Shown here: positions 55,247 through 63,435 of the stretch, in pieces
Numbering within the stretch: the stretch's first letter is position 1
Layout of the letters: each line of letters starts with the position of its first letter
Source: Gemmatimonadota bacterium
GTDB taxonomy: Bacteria; Gemmatimonadota; Gemmatimonadetes; JACCXV01
Direction: 5' to 3'
NCBI GenBank assembly: GCA_036556205.1
Contig: DATBJW010000010.1
Location: 4,228-68,227 of the forward strand
DNA: 64,000 bases
The notes under the pieces: model-generated
Database searches by the model: none
What the model saw: the letters and a program-made list of their open reading frames with translations, nothing else
What the model was told of the DNA's origin: nothing
Position numbers and translations under genes: made by a program

Positions 55247-56386
55247 TCAACGGATGGCCCTCCACTCCTTCCCACCCATCCGGGCCCGAACCTGGTCGAA
55301 CGTGCACTGCTCGGCTGGCTTGTCGGGCCGCCAGCGCAGGAACTTCGTCCCGTGGCGGAAGCGGCCGCCCGAGAAGTGGTCGTAGCGCACCTCGCACACC
55401 AGGTCCGGCCGCAGCGGCTCCCACTCCGCCGTCCGCTCCGTGCTCCAGCGGCTGGGGCCGCCCGGCGCCTTGCCCGTGAACCCGGGGCCGCCGCGACGCT
55501 CGAGCACGACCGGCGCCAGAGCCCGGCGCTCCGCCACCGTGAAGCTGGACGAGAAGCCCACGTGGTCCAGCCGTCCCTCGTCGTCGTAGAGACCGAGCAG
55601 CAGCGACCCGATCTCTCCGCCCCGCTGCGCGTACCGGAAGCCGCCCACCACGCAGTCCGCCGTGCGCAGGACCTTGACCTTGCGCATCGCACTCCGATCG
55701 CCGGAGCGATAGGGGGCGTCCAGGTCCTTGGCCAGCGCGCCGTCCAGCCCGCCGGCCGCCAGGTCCCGCAGCCAGGCCGCGGCCGCCTCACGTTCGCGGG
55801 TGGCCGGCGAGAGACGCACCCGTCCCTCGGCGGGAACGCTCGCGAAGAAGGCTTCGAGCCTCGCCCGGCGCTCCGCGAGCGGCAGCGAGAGGAGCGCCTC
55901 ACCGTCGCCGTCCACCAGCAGGTCGAAGACCAGCAGCGTGGCCGGCGTCTCGGCGGCGAGCTTGCGGACGCGGCTCGCGGCCGGATGGATGCGCTGGAGC
56001 AGGTCGTCGAATGAGAGGAGGCCTCCGACCGGGACCACGATCTCGCCGTCCAGCACGAACCGGGAGGCGGGCAGCGCGAGCAGCGCCTCGACGAGCTCGG
56101 GGAAGTAGCGAGCCAGCGGCTGCGTCGCTTTGGACTGGAGGACGACCTGCCGGCCTTCGCGAAACGCGAGACACCGGAAGCCGTCCCACTTGGGCTCGAA
56201 GAGCCAGCCCTCGCCCGCGGGGAGCTCCGTGACGGCCTTGGCCTCCATCGGCGGGAAGGGCGGGCGGACGGGCAGGTCAAGCTCGGGGAAGGACTCCTCG
56301 AGCTCGGCCGCCGGGATTGCTCCAGCCTCGACGCGAGACGGAGCCTCGGCATCGGACGGCTTTCGCGATGGCTTGCGAGGTGGCAT
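55247..56386 (-). CDS. ATP-dependent DNA ligase (LigD ligase-domain / LigC type)
   Basis: Adenylation motif I EPKWDGFR preceded by PPMEAKAV..LPAGEGW. OB-fold C-terminal part. 379 aa. Confidence 0.85.
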   Translation of the reverse strand: MPPRKPSRKPSDAEAPSRVEAGAIPAAELEESFPELDLPVRPPFPPMEAKAVTELPAGEGWLFEPKWDGFRCLAFREGRQVVLQSKATQPLARYFPELVEALLALPASRFVLDGEIVVPVGGLLSFDDLLQRIHPAASRVRKLAAETPATLLVFDLLVDGDGEALLSLPLAERRARLEAFFASVPAEGRVRLSPATREREAAAAWLRDLAAGGLDGALAKDLDAPYRSGDRSAMRKVKVLRTADCVVGGFRYAQRGGEIGSLLLGLYDDEGRLDHVGFSSSFTVAERRALAPVVLERRGGPGFTGKAPGGPSRWSTERTAEWEPLRPDLVCEVRYDHFSGGRFRHGTKFLRWRPDKPAEQCTFDQVRARMGGKEWRAIR

Positions 56387-56434
56387 AAGGTTCCCGTTCA
56401 GCGTGCTCCAGGAGGTCAGCCGCTGGGCCGGCCG

Positions 56435-57412
56435 CTACTCTTCCTCCGGAGCTTCGTCCTTCGCCGCGGCGCGGCGGCGCTTCCGCGGCACGAGCACGTT
56501 GACCAGCGGCGCCAGATCGTAGCGCCGCTTTCCCAGGAGCCCCTTCCAGAGATCGCCCAGCCGGCCCACGCGCTCCGGGACGTTTTGCAGCGTGAAGTCC
56601 TCGATGCGGATCTTCTCCCCTACCTCCTCCCAGGTCACGGGCGTCGAGACCGACGCCTGGGGCGTGGGGCGCACCGAATAGATCGAGGCGAGGGTCCTTC
56701 CCCACGCGTTCTGGTTGTAGTCCACGAGGACGCGGCCGCGGGGGCGCTTCGCCACCCGGTACTCCGCCGTGACGATCCCGGGATGTCGCCCGGCCATCTC
56801 GATCGCCAGCGCCTTGGCCACCGTCCAGACCTCCTTCTGGAGCGGCCCGCGCACGATCGGTACGTAGACGTGCAGCCCGCGTGAGCCGGTCGTCTTCACG
56901 CAGGTCGGCATGCCCAGCTCGGCCAGCGTGTCGCGCAGGATCATGGCCACCTCCCGCACACGCGGGAAGGGCGCGCCGGGACCGGGATCGAGGTCGAAGT
57001 GGAGAACGTCGGGACGGTCGGTGTCGTCGCAGCGCGAGTACCAGGGGTTCAGGTCGATGCACCCCAGGTTGACGACCCACAGCAGCGACGCCAGATCGCC
57101 GATGATGGGAAAGTCGATGACGTTTCCGGAGCGGTGATGGATCCGGCACGTGCGGATCCAGCCGGGCCGCGGGGAAGGCGCCCGCTTCATGAAGAAGAAC
57201 TCACCCGCCGCACCGTTGGGATAGCGCTTCATGACCATGGCGCGGTCCTTCAGGTGCGGCAGGAGGGCCGGCGCCACGTCGGCGTAGTACTGCAGCAGAT
57301 CGCCCTTCGTGAGACCCAGAGCGGGCCAGAAAGGCTTGGCCAGGTTCGTGAGCTTGACCTGGCGGGCGCCGATACGGAGCTCCGCCTCCTCGCCGGCGCG
57401 CGGGATCTTCAA
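56435..57412 (-). CDS. LigD-type polymerase/primase (NHEJ polymerase domain)
   Basis: LTNLAKPFWP..., MKRYPNG, LHFDLDPG, KTTGSRGLHVYVP, VLVDYNQN are hallmark AEP/LigD-Pol motifs. Confidence 0.85.
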   Translation of the reverse strand: MKIPRAGEEAELRIGARQVKLTNLAKPFWPALGLTKGDLLQYYADVAPALLPHLKDRAMVMKRYPNGAAGEFFFMKRAPSPRPGWIRTCRIHHRSGNVIDFPIIGDLASLLWVVNLGCIDLNPWYSRCDDTDRPDVLHFDLDPGPGAPFPRVREVAMILRDTLAELGMPTCVKTTGSRGLHVYVPIVRGPLQKEVWTVAKALAIEMAGRHPGIVTAEYRVAKRPRGRVLVDYNQNAWGRTLASIYSVRPTPQASVSTPVTWEEVGEKIRIEDFTLQNVPERVGRLGDLWKGLLGKRRYDLAPLVNVLVPRKRRRAAAKDEAPEEE

Positions 57413-57439
57413 GCGCGGCTCACGCGGCTGCCCGTCGGA

Positions 57440-57979
57440 TCAGCTCAATCCCAGGAGCTCGACCTCGAAGATCAGCGTCGCGCCCGGCGGGATGGCGCCG
57501 CCCGCGCCGCGCGCTCCGTAGCCCAGGTCCGGCGGAATCACGAGCTTGCGCTTGCCACCCACCTTCATGCCCGCCACGCCCTCGTCCCAACCCTTGATGA
57601 CCTGCCCGGCGCCGACCTTGAACTCGAAGGGCTGACCGCGGTCGACCGAGCTGTCGAACTTCGTCCCGTCCACCAGCCAGCCCGTGTAGTGCACGCGGGC
57701 CGTCTTGCCCTGGGTAGCCGTGGCACCCGATCCGGGGGCCAGGTCCTTGTACTTGAGGCCGGATTTCGTCGTGGTGAGCTCGGGGTCGTTCACCTCGGCC
57801 TCCTTGGACGCGACGGGCGCGCTGGACGGGGTGGAATCGGCGGAGACGCCCTCCGCCACGGAAAGGGTGTCGGTCGCCGGGGCGGCTTCCGAGCCGGCGG
57901 CGGGCTCGTTGTGCTCGCGCGGCGAGCAGGCGGCGAGCAGCATCGTGAGCGCGCCGGCCAGCGCCAGACGTGCAGTCAT
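57440..57979 (-). CDS. FKBP-type peptidyl-prolyl isomerase lipoprotein
   Basis: Lipobox [46 protein letters not shown]...[15 protein letters not shown] upstream of the ATG at 57979. Confidence 0.9.
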   Translation of the reverse strand: MTARLALAGALTMLLAACSPREHNEPAAGSEAAPATDTLSVAEGVSADSTPSSAPVASKEAEVNDPELTTTKSGLKYKDLAPGSGATATQGKTARVHYTGWLVDGTKFDSSVDRGQPFEFKVGAGQVIKGWDEGVAGMKVGGKRKLVIPPDLGYGARGAGGAIPPGATLIFEVELLGLS

Positions 57980-58059
57980 GAATCCTCCTCGCAGGGGTGT
58001 CGGGATCGGAGGGTGGTCGAAAGACCGCGGCGTGGCGCGACCGACCCCGCGCCGCCGTG

Positions 58060-58464
58060 TCACTGGGTGAACGGCACGCAGGCGGTGGCCGGTCGGCCGT
58101 CCACGCCCGACAGGCACAGCTGATAGCTGGCGCCCGACTGCAGGGGAGCCGGGCCGGCGAGAAGGTCCGTGGTCTCCACGCTGTCGCCGTAGGCAACGGG
58201 CGGGTCGATGCAGAGCGGGAACACGTCGTCGTTGCACTCGATCGTCCAGGCGCTGGACCCGCCCGCGGCGGGCCGCACGTCCAGGGTCATGGCCGGCGCG
58301 CCGCACCAGGTGAAGCTCGGCGGAGTTCCGGGCCGCACCTCGATGTTCCGGAACACGCCCTCGTCCAGGAAGCACTCGTTGCCGGTCGAGCCGTCTCCTC
58401 CTCCACAGGCGCCGAGCAGGAGCGCTCCGGCGAGGAGGGCGCAGCAGTGGATCACGAGTCGCAT
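58060..58464 (-). CDS. Cysteine-rich small lipoprotein
   Basis: 134 aa. Lipobox LLLGACGG. Seven further Cys in the mature part. 3' portion of a 234-aa composite ORF. Confidence 0.45.
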   Translation of the reverse strand: MRLVIHCCALLAGALLLGACGGGDGSTGNECFLDEGVFRNIEVRPGTPPSFTWCGAPAMTLDVRPAAGGSSAWTIECNDDVFPLCIDPPVAYGDSVETTDLLAGPAPLQSGASYQLCLSGVDGRPATACVPFTQ

Positions 58465-58574
58465 TCGTGCGGCTCCTGTTCTCCGAGTGGTGCCCCTGGC
58501 AAGAGACCGTGGGGCCGGCGAACGCGCTCCAGACCGGTTCGCGGCCCCTGAACATCGTCGGCTTCGGCGCTTCG

Positions 58575-59321
58575 TCAAGGGGGCGTCGCCGGCTCTCGCG
58601 TCGCGCGCCGGACAGGCCGCTCGCGCACCGTCACGCCGTCGCCGGAGGCCACGACCAGCGCGTCGGCGAGCTCCAGGAAGAGTCCCGTCTCGAGGATGCC
58701 CGGCCGGGCCCGGAGCGCCGCGTCCAGCCGCGGCGGGTCGGCGATCCCGTCCGGGAAGCGACAATCCAGAAGGTAGTGCCCCTCGTCGGTCTCGAAGGGC
58801 TCTCCCGTGGACGAGACGCGCCGCAGCTCGGCGCGCGCTCCGAGCGCCTCGATCGCCGGCACGTGCGTGCGCCAGCCGAAACGCGCGACCTCGACCGGCA
58901 AGGGGAAGGTCGTCCCCAGCCGCTGGACGAGCTTGGCTGCGTGGACCACGATCACGTTCCGGGCGCTGGCCGAGGCCACGATCTTCTCGCGCAGGAGCGC
59001 CCCGCCCCCGCCCTTGATCAGATCCAGCCGGGGGTCCACCTCGTCCGCGCCGTCGATCGTGAGGTCCAGCCGATCGACATCGTCCAGCGTGGCGAGCGGG
59101 ATGCCGAGCGAGCGCGCCAGGTCGCGCGTGCTCTGCGAGGTCGGCACGCCGAGGAGGTCGCGCAGGGATCCCTCGCGCAACCGGCGTGCGATGGCATGGA
59201 CGGCCAGCGCCGCGGTCGAGCCCGTGCCGAGACCCAGCCGCATTCCCGGCTCCACCATCTCCGCAGCCCGCTCGGCGGCGAGCCGCTTGAGCCGCGCCTC
59301 CTGGGCCTCGGACCCCGTCAC
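58575..59321 (-). CDS. rpiA: Ribose-5-phosphate isomerase A
   Basis: [29 protein letters not shown] motifs. 248 aa. Confidence 0.9.
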   Translation of the reverse strand: MTGSEAQEARLKRLAAERAAEMVEPGMRLGLGTGSTAALAVHAIARRLREGSLRDLLGVPTSQSTRDLARSLGIPLATLDDVDRLDLTIDGADEVDPRLDLIKGGGGALLREKIVASASARNVIVVHAAKLVQRLGTTFPLPVEVARFGWRTHVPAIEALGARAELRRVSSTGEPFETDEGHYLLDCRFPDGIADPPRLDAALRARPGILETGLFLELADALVVASGDGVTVRERPVRRATREPATPP

Positions 59322-59359
59322 CGTCCTCGCCTCCGTTCGGCGCCTCCCTGCGGCACGCG

Positions 59360-60544
59360 CTACTCCGCCACGAACTCGAAGATGCGGCCGCCGCTCGTCA
59401 CGATGTACAGCTCGCCGCCGGAGTCCTCGCCGAAGGAGGTGACGTTGGCGGCCCCCAGGTCGGCCTCGAGATCGGGCCAGCTACGCTGATCTGTCGCGGT
59501 CCCGCCCGCCAGCCGGAAGCTGCGCACGAACCCCGTGCAGAAATCGGAGTAGAAGTACGTCCCGCTCAGGCTCGGCACGGCCGAGCCGCGATAGACGTAG
59601 CCGCCCGTCACCGAGCAGCCGTCGGCGTGACTGTACTCGAGGACCGGCAGGGTGAGCCCCGAGCGGTCGCAGCCCGAGGACGGCTCGAAGCAGTGGAGGC
59701 CCTCCATCAGGTCCCAGCCGTAGTTCAGCCCGCCGGGGTTGCCCGGCGCGGCGTTCACCTCCTCGAACTGGCCCTGCCCCACATCGGCGATGTAGAGGTC
59801 TCCCGTCTGGCGGTCGAAGCTGTAGCGCCACGGGTTCCGCAAGCCGAACGCCCAGATCTCGCCGCGCGCCCCGGCCTGGCCCGCGAAGGGGTTGCCCGGC
59901 GGGATCGCGTAGGGGACGCCGGCGTCCACGTCGAGGCGCAGGAGCTTGCCCAGGAGCACGCTCCGGTCCTGCCCGTTCTCGTCGGGGTCGCCGGCGCCGC
60001 CGCCGTCTCCCAGTCCCGCGTAGAGCTTGCGATCGGGGCCGAACAGGAGCAGACCCCCGTTGTGGTTGCTGCGCCGGTGGTCCACCGACAGGATCGTCCG
60101 CACGGCGTTGGGGACGGCGCGGTCGGGGTCGGCCGACACCCTGTACTCCACGACGCGCAGATCCCCGTTCCCGGCCGTGAAATAGATGAAGAAGCGGCCG
60201 TTCGATGCGTAATCGGGATGGAAGGCCAGCGAGAGGAGACCCCGTTCGCCCCCCGTGCTGATATCGCTGCCGACGTCGAGGAATGGAGTCGCGAGCACCT
60301 GCCCGTTCCGGATGATCTTGATGCGCCCGCCCTGCTCGACGACGAACAAACGCGAGTCGCCGGGAGGCGAGGTCAAGTAGAGCGGCGCCGAGAGCCCGCT
60401 GACGACCTCGCGCAGCGCGGGCGCCGCACCGGGCGGCGGCGGCGACGGCGGCGGGGGAGGTGGAGGGGGCGGGGGACCCACTCCGTTGCCTCCGTCGCCG
60501 TTGCACTGCACGAGCAGCAGAAGGAGCAGGGCCAGAACGGCCAT
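59360..60544 (-). CDS. PQQ-dependent sugar dehydrogenase (YliI/sorbosone dehydrogenase-like beta-propeller) lipoprotein
   Basis: Lipobox LLLVQC plus a poly-Pro linker. [40 protein letters not shown]. Confidence 0.85.
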   Translation of the reverse strand: MAVLALLLLLLVQCNGDGGNGVGPPPPPPPPPPSPPPPGAAPALREVVSGLSAPLYLTSPPGDSRLFVVEQGGRIKIIRNGQVLATPFLDVGSDISTGGERGLLSLAFHPDYASNGRFFIYFTAGNGDLRVVEYRVSADPDRAVPNAVRTILSVDHRRSNHNGGLLLFGPDRKLYAGLGDGGGAGDPDENGQDRSVLLGKLLRLDVDAGVPYAIPPGNPFAGQAGARGEIWAFGLRNPWRYSFDRQTGDLYIADVGQGQFEEVNAAPGNPGGLNYGWDLMEGLHCFEPSSGCDRSGLTLPVLEYSHADGCSVTGGYVYRGSAVPSLSGTYFYSDFCTGFVRSFRLAGGTATDQRSWPDLEADLGAANVTSFGEDSGGELYIVTSGGRIFEFVAE

Positions 60545-60754
60545 TCGGTCGCCCTCCGGGGCGTCTACCGCGGAGTCGTGGCGGGCGCGCCCGCAGAGAG
60601 TCCGTTCGACGCGCCGGGTGCGTTCGGCAACCCGCCGGTCGCGATGCCGAATCTAGCGAAGATCGGGGTCTCGCGCCCTCGGCGGCATTCGCTTGCGGGC
60701 CGCTGTAGCCCCTTGCTACACTCCAGCTTCAGGTCCGTTCATCGGCGGCGCCTC

Positions 60755-61321
60755 GTGACCACTCCACTGCAGCAGCGCGAACGGTTCATCGCCAGCGTGC
60801 GGCAGCGCGTCGCCGAGAAGCGCGGCCGCCTGGCCGCGCATCCCGAGTCGCCGGGCTCCGAGCGCGAGTTCGGGGAGAAGTACCGCTACCTCGTGGAAGG
60901 GCTGCAGCGCGTCTTCGAGGCCGTGAACGAGCCCGGGCTCGAGGTCGAGCCCTTCGGCTCGTCGGGCCTGCGCATCGGCTTCCGCGTCACGGATCCCCAG
61001 CGCGACGAGGACCTCCCGATCGTGGACCGCGAGATCCGGGTCTCACGGGTGGACGCCACAGAAGAGGTTCACCTCGTGTTCGGCTCGTTCCAGAAGGCCG
61101 AGCGCCACGCCACGTTCAAGCTGACGCGGCCGAACCTCCCGCGCGTGGAGGCCGCGTTCGTGGACTTCCTGATCGAAGGCGTCGAGCCGCCGTGGCTGGC
61201 GCGGCGCCCGCGGGAGCGCGCGGCCGGCGGAGAGCCGGACGATACGGGGAGCCCGCCGGCGTCGCGCGAGGACGAGATGGAGGAGGCGGGTCAACAGACG
61301 CTGGAGCTGCCCTTCGATTGA
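60755..61321 (+). CDS. Hypothetical protein
   Basis: 188 aa from the GTG at 60755 within a 564-aa composite ORF. The downstream part has balanced composition (EKYRYLVEGLQRVFEAVNEPG...). The start is uncertain. Confidence 0.4.
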   Translation: MTTPLQQRERFIASVRQRVAEKRGRLAAHPESPGSEREFGEKYRYLVEGLQRVFEAVNEPGLEVEPFGSSGLRIGFRVTDPQRDEDLPIVDREIRVSRVDATEEVHLVFGSFQKAERHATFKLTRPNLPRVEAAFVDFLIEGVEPPWLARRPRERAAGGEPDDTGSPPASREDEMEEAGQQTLELPFD

Positions 61322-61340
61322 AACTGGCGTCGGGCCGGGC

Positions 61341-61540
61341 GGGCCAGACCCGCGTGGCCGGCGGCAGTCTGGCCCAGCGAGCCCTTGGGTTTCATGGCGA
61401 GCGGGCCAGAGCCGCGTGGCCGGTGGCAGTCTGGCCTTAGCGAGCCATTGGGTTTCATGGCGAGCGGGCCAGAGCCGCGTGGCCGGTGGCAGTCTGGCCT
61501 AGCGAGCCATTGGGTTTCATGGCGAGCGGGCCAGACTGCC
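61341..61540 (+). repeat. Tandem array of three units of the structured intergenic repeat (core variant B) plus closing arm
   Basis: Units at 61341-61402, 61403-61465 and 61466-61527 (62-63 nt). Each is GGGCCAGAsCCGCGTGGCCGGyGGCAGTCTGGCC + [c/tt/t]AGCGAGCC[c/a]TTGGGTTTCATGGCGAGC. Terminal arm GGGCCAGACTGCC at 61528-61540. Confidence 0.9.
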
Positions 61541-61556
61541 GCCGGCGATGCGGCCA

Positions 61557-61627
61557 GGCCTTACCGCACTTCGACGGCAATCTCGTGACGGCGACGCGGA
61601 TGGGCCTTACCGCACTTCGACGGCAAT
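61557..61627. repeat. Perfect 25-nt direct repeat duplicating the 3' end and stop codon of the HIRAN gene
   Basis: GGCCTTACCGCACTTCGACGGCAAT occurs at 61557-61581 and 61603-61627 (46-nt period). The second copy contains the last six codons and the stop at 61607. Confidence 0.9.
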
Positions 61628-62011
61628 GACCAACCGCTCGTAGTAGGGGATGTCCTCGCGCGAGACGCGATGCACGCGAGCCAGCGTGGGGCTCCCGCGA
61701 TCGATGATCGGGGCCAGCCAGCGCGCGATCTCGGCGGGTAGGTATCCGAGCTGGTCCACGCGCGGATCCATCACGCGGATCGCGTTGACGTCGATCCGGC
61801 TGCCGTGCTCGCGCTGGAGGTAGAGCGGGTCGCCCTGCGCGAGATCTCTCAGCTTGTGCCAGCGGTTCTCGAAGCAGACTCCGTGGACCGTGCAGAGGAA
61901 GCGGGAAGCGGCGGGGGCGGGCGGAGCATCGGAGAGGTCCGGGCGGGGCGGATCGTCGCCGGTCGGGTCGACCGGCGAGCCCCTGTCGGAGTCCAGCACT
62001 CTGTAGACCAT
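61607..62011 (-). CDS. Stand-alone HIRAN-like domain protein
   Basis: 134 aa at the 3' end of a 308-aa composite ORF. VHGVCFENRWHKLRDLAQGDPLYLQREHGSRIDVNAIRV...QLGYLPAEIARWLAPIIDRG fits the HIRAN pattern (G-hh..., GD.L.L.RE..N..D.NAI.V, G+lP...A..LAP.hD.G). Confidence 0.55.
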   Translation of the reverse strand: MVYRVLDSDRGSPVDPTGDDPPRPDLSDAPPAPAASRFLCTVHGVCFENRWHKLRDLAQGDPLYLQREHGSRIDVNAIRVMDPRVDQLGYLPAEIARWLAPIIDRGSPTLARVHRVSREDIPYYERLVIAVEVR

Positions 62012-62097
62012 GCTCCCTTTTCCCGACCGCGTGCGGTGCCCCTGGAAGGGATCGAATATCGCGGGGCGGACGCTCCCGGGCCAGCCTGATCCACCGC

Positions 62098-63405
62098 CTA
62101 CGCCGCGGGTGCCGTCACGCCCATCAGCATGAGGACCAGCAGGAAGACGCGCTCCACGCCGTGCTGGGCCTCCGTCGGGTCGAACCACTCCTCCTGGCTG
62201 TGGGCGCGCCCACCCACACCTCCGCCCCCCAGGCTGATCGCGGGGATGCCCCGTGAGAGCGGCACGTTGGCGTCGGTGCTGGACTCGCTGAGCACGGGGT
62301 CCACGCCCAGCGCCCGGGTCACGGCCAGGGCGGCGCGCACGAGGAAGGCATCGGCCGGGATCACTCCGGCGGGACGCTCCCCCACCAGCTGGACGTCCAG
62401 GTCCAGCCGCGCCTCGGTGTCGCCGCGCGCATCGCGCTCCTCGTGGAGGGCTTCCACCAGCGCGTCCATGGTCTCCTTCTCGAGATTCGTGAGCGCGTCG
62501 GGGTCCACCGAGCGCAGGTCGAGCTCCATCCACGCCTCTTGAGGGATCACGTTGACCGACGTGCCGCCGCCCAGCCGGCCGATGTTCAGGCTCGAGCGCG
62601 GGACGCGCGGAACGTCGATCTGCGCGAGGCGGGCGATGGCGCGCCCCAGCGCGTTCGCCGGGTTCACCAGGCCGTAGTCGTTCCAGCTGTGGCCGCCGGG
62701 TCCCTTGTAGGTCACCCGGTAGCGGCGGCTGCCCAGGGCCTGGTTCACGATGCGATCCATGCCCGCGCCGTCCACGTTGATCACGTAGTCCACGCCCGTG
62801 GCCTCGCCACCCGCCGCGAAGAGCGCCTTCATGCCGCGCAGATCCCCCAGGCCCTCCTCCCCCACCGTGGCGGCGAAGAGCAGCGAACCGCGCAGCGGAA
62901 TGCGGCTCCTCGCCACGGCCTCGGCCACGCCGAGCAGCACCGCCAGGCCGCGGGCGTTGTCGTGCACGCCGGGACCCACGATGCGGTCACCCTCTTCGCG
63001 GGGCGTGAGCGGCGTCCCGAGCGGGAAGACCGTGTCGAGGTGGGCGGAAAGGAGCAGGCGCGGACGGGCTCGCGCAGGCCCGAAAGAGGCCAGCACGTTC
63101 CCCAGCGAGTCGATGTGGATGCCGTCCAGGCCGATGATCTCGAGCTGGCGCTGGACGTAGCGGGCGCGCGCCCCTTCCTCGCCGGTGGGACCCGGAATGC
63201 GGGCCAGGGCGCGCTGCCAGTCCAGCACCTGCGGATGCCGGCGGCCGATCTCGGAGAGCGCGCGCGCCACGTCCGGCTCGCGCAGGAGCTCAGCCACGTC
63301 GACGGCCGGCTCCTGCGCACGCACGGTCGTAGCCAGGGGAGTCGCCATCAGCGTCGCCAGGAGCAAAGGAGCGATCGTCCCCGCGGGGACGCGAAACCAC
63401 GGCAT
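62098..63405 (-). CDS. Secreted M20-family metallopeptidase
   Basis: Signal peptide LLLATLMATPLATTVRAQE. Metal-ligand contexts SAHLDTVFP, GVHDNARG, VGEEGLGDLRG, and a C-terminal His in GGRAHSQEEW. Confidence 0.8.
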   Translation of the reverse strand: MPWFRVPAGTIAPLLLATLMATPLATTVRAQEPAVDVAELLREPDVARALSEIGRRHPQVLDWQRALARIPGPTGEEGARARYVQRQLEIIGLDGIHIDSLGNVLASFGPARARPRLLLSAHLDTVFPLGTPLTPREEGDRIVGPGVHDNARGLAVLLGVAEAVARSRIPLRGSLLFAATVGEEGLGDLRGMKALFAAGGEATGVDYVINVDGAGMDRIVNQALGSRRYRVTYKGPGGHSWNDYGLVNPANALGRAIARLAQIDVPRVPRSSLNIGRLGGGTSVNVIPQEAWMELDLRSVDPDALTNLEKETMDALVEALHEERDARGDTEARLDLDVQLVGERPAGVIPADAFLVRAALAVTRALGVDPVLSESSTDANVPLSRGIPAISLGGGGVGGRAHSQEEWFDPTEAQHGVERVFLLVLMLMGVTAPAA

Positions 63406-63435
63406 CGCTCGACTCGCCGTCCGGGTTGGTCGGTC

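Noticed and set aside
61341-61540. The repeat array as a CRISPR array.
   Set aside because: The segments between the conserved cores are themselves repeated (near-identical), not unique spacers. There are only three units, no cas genes are present, and the same core occurs singly at other loci.
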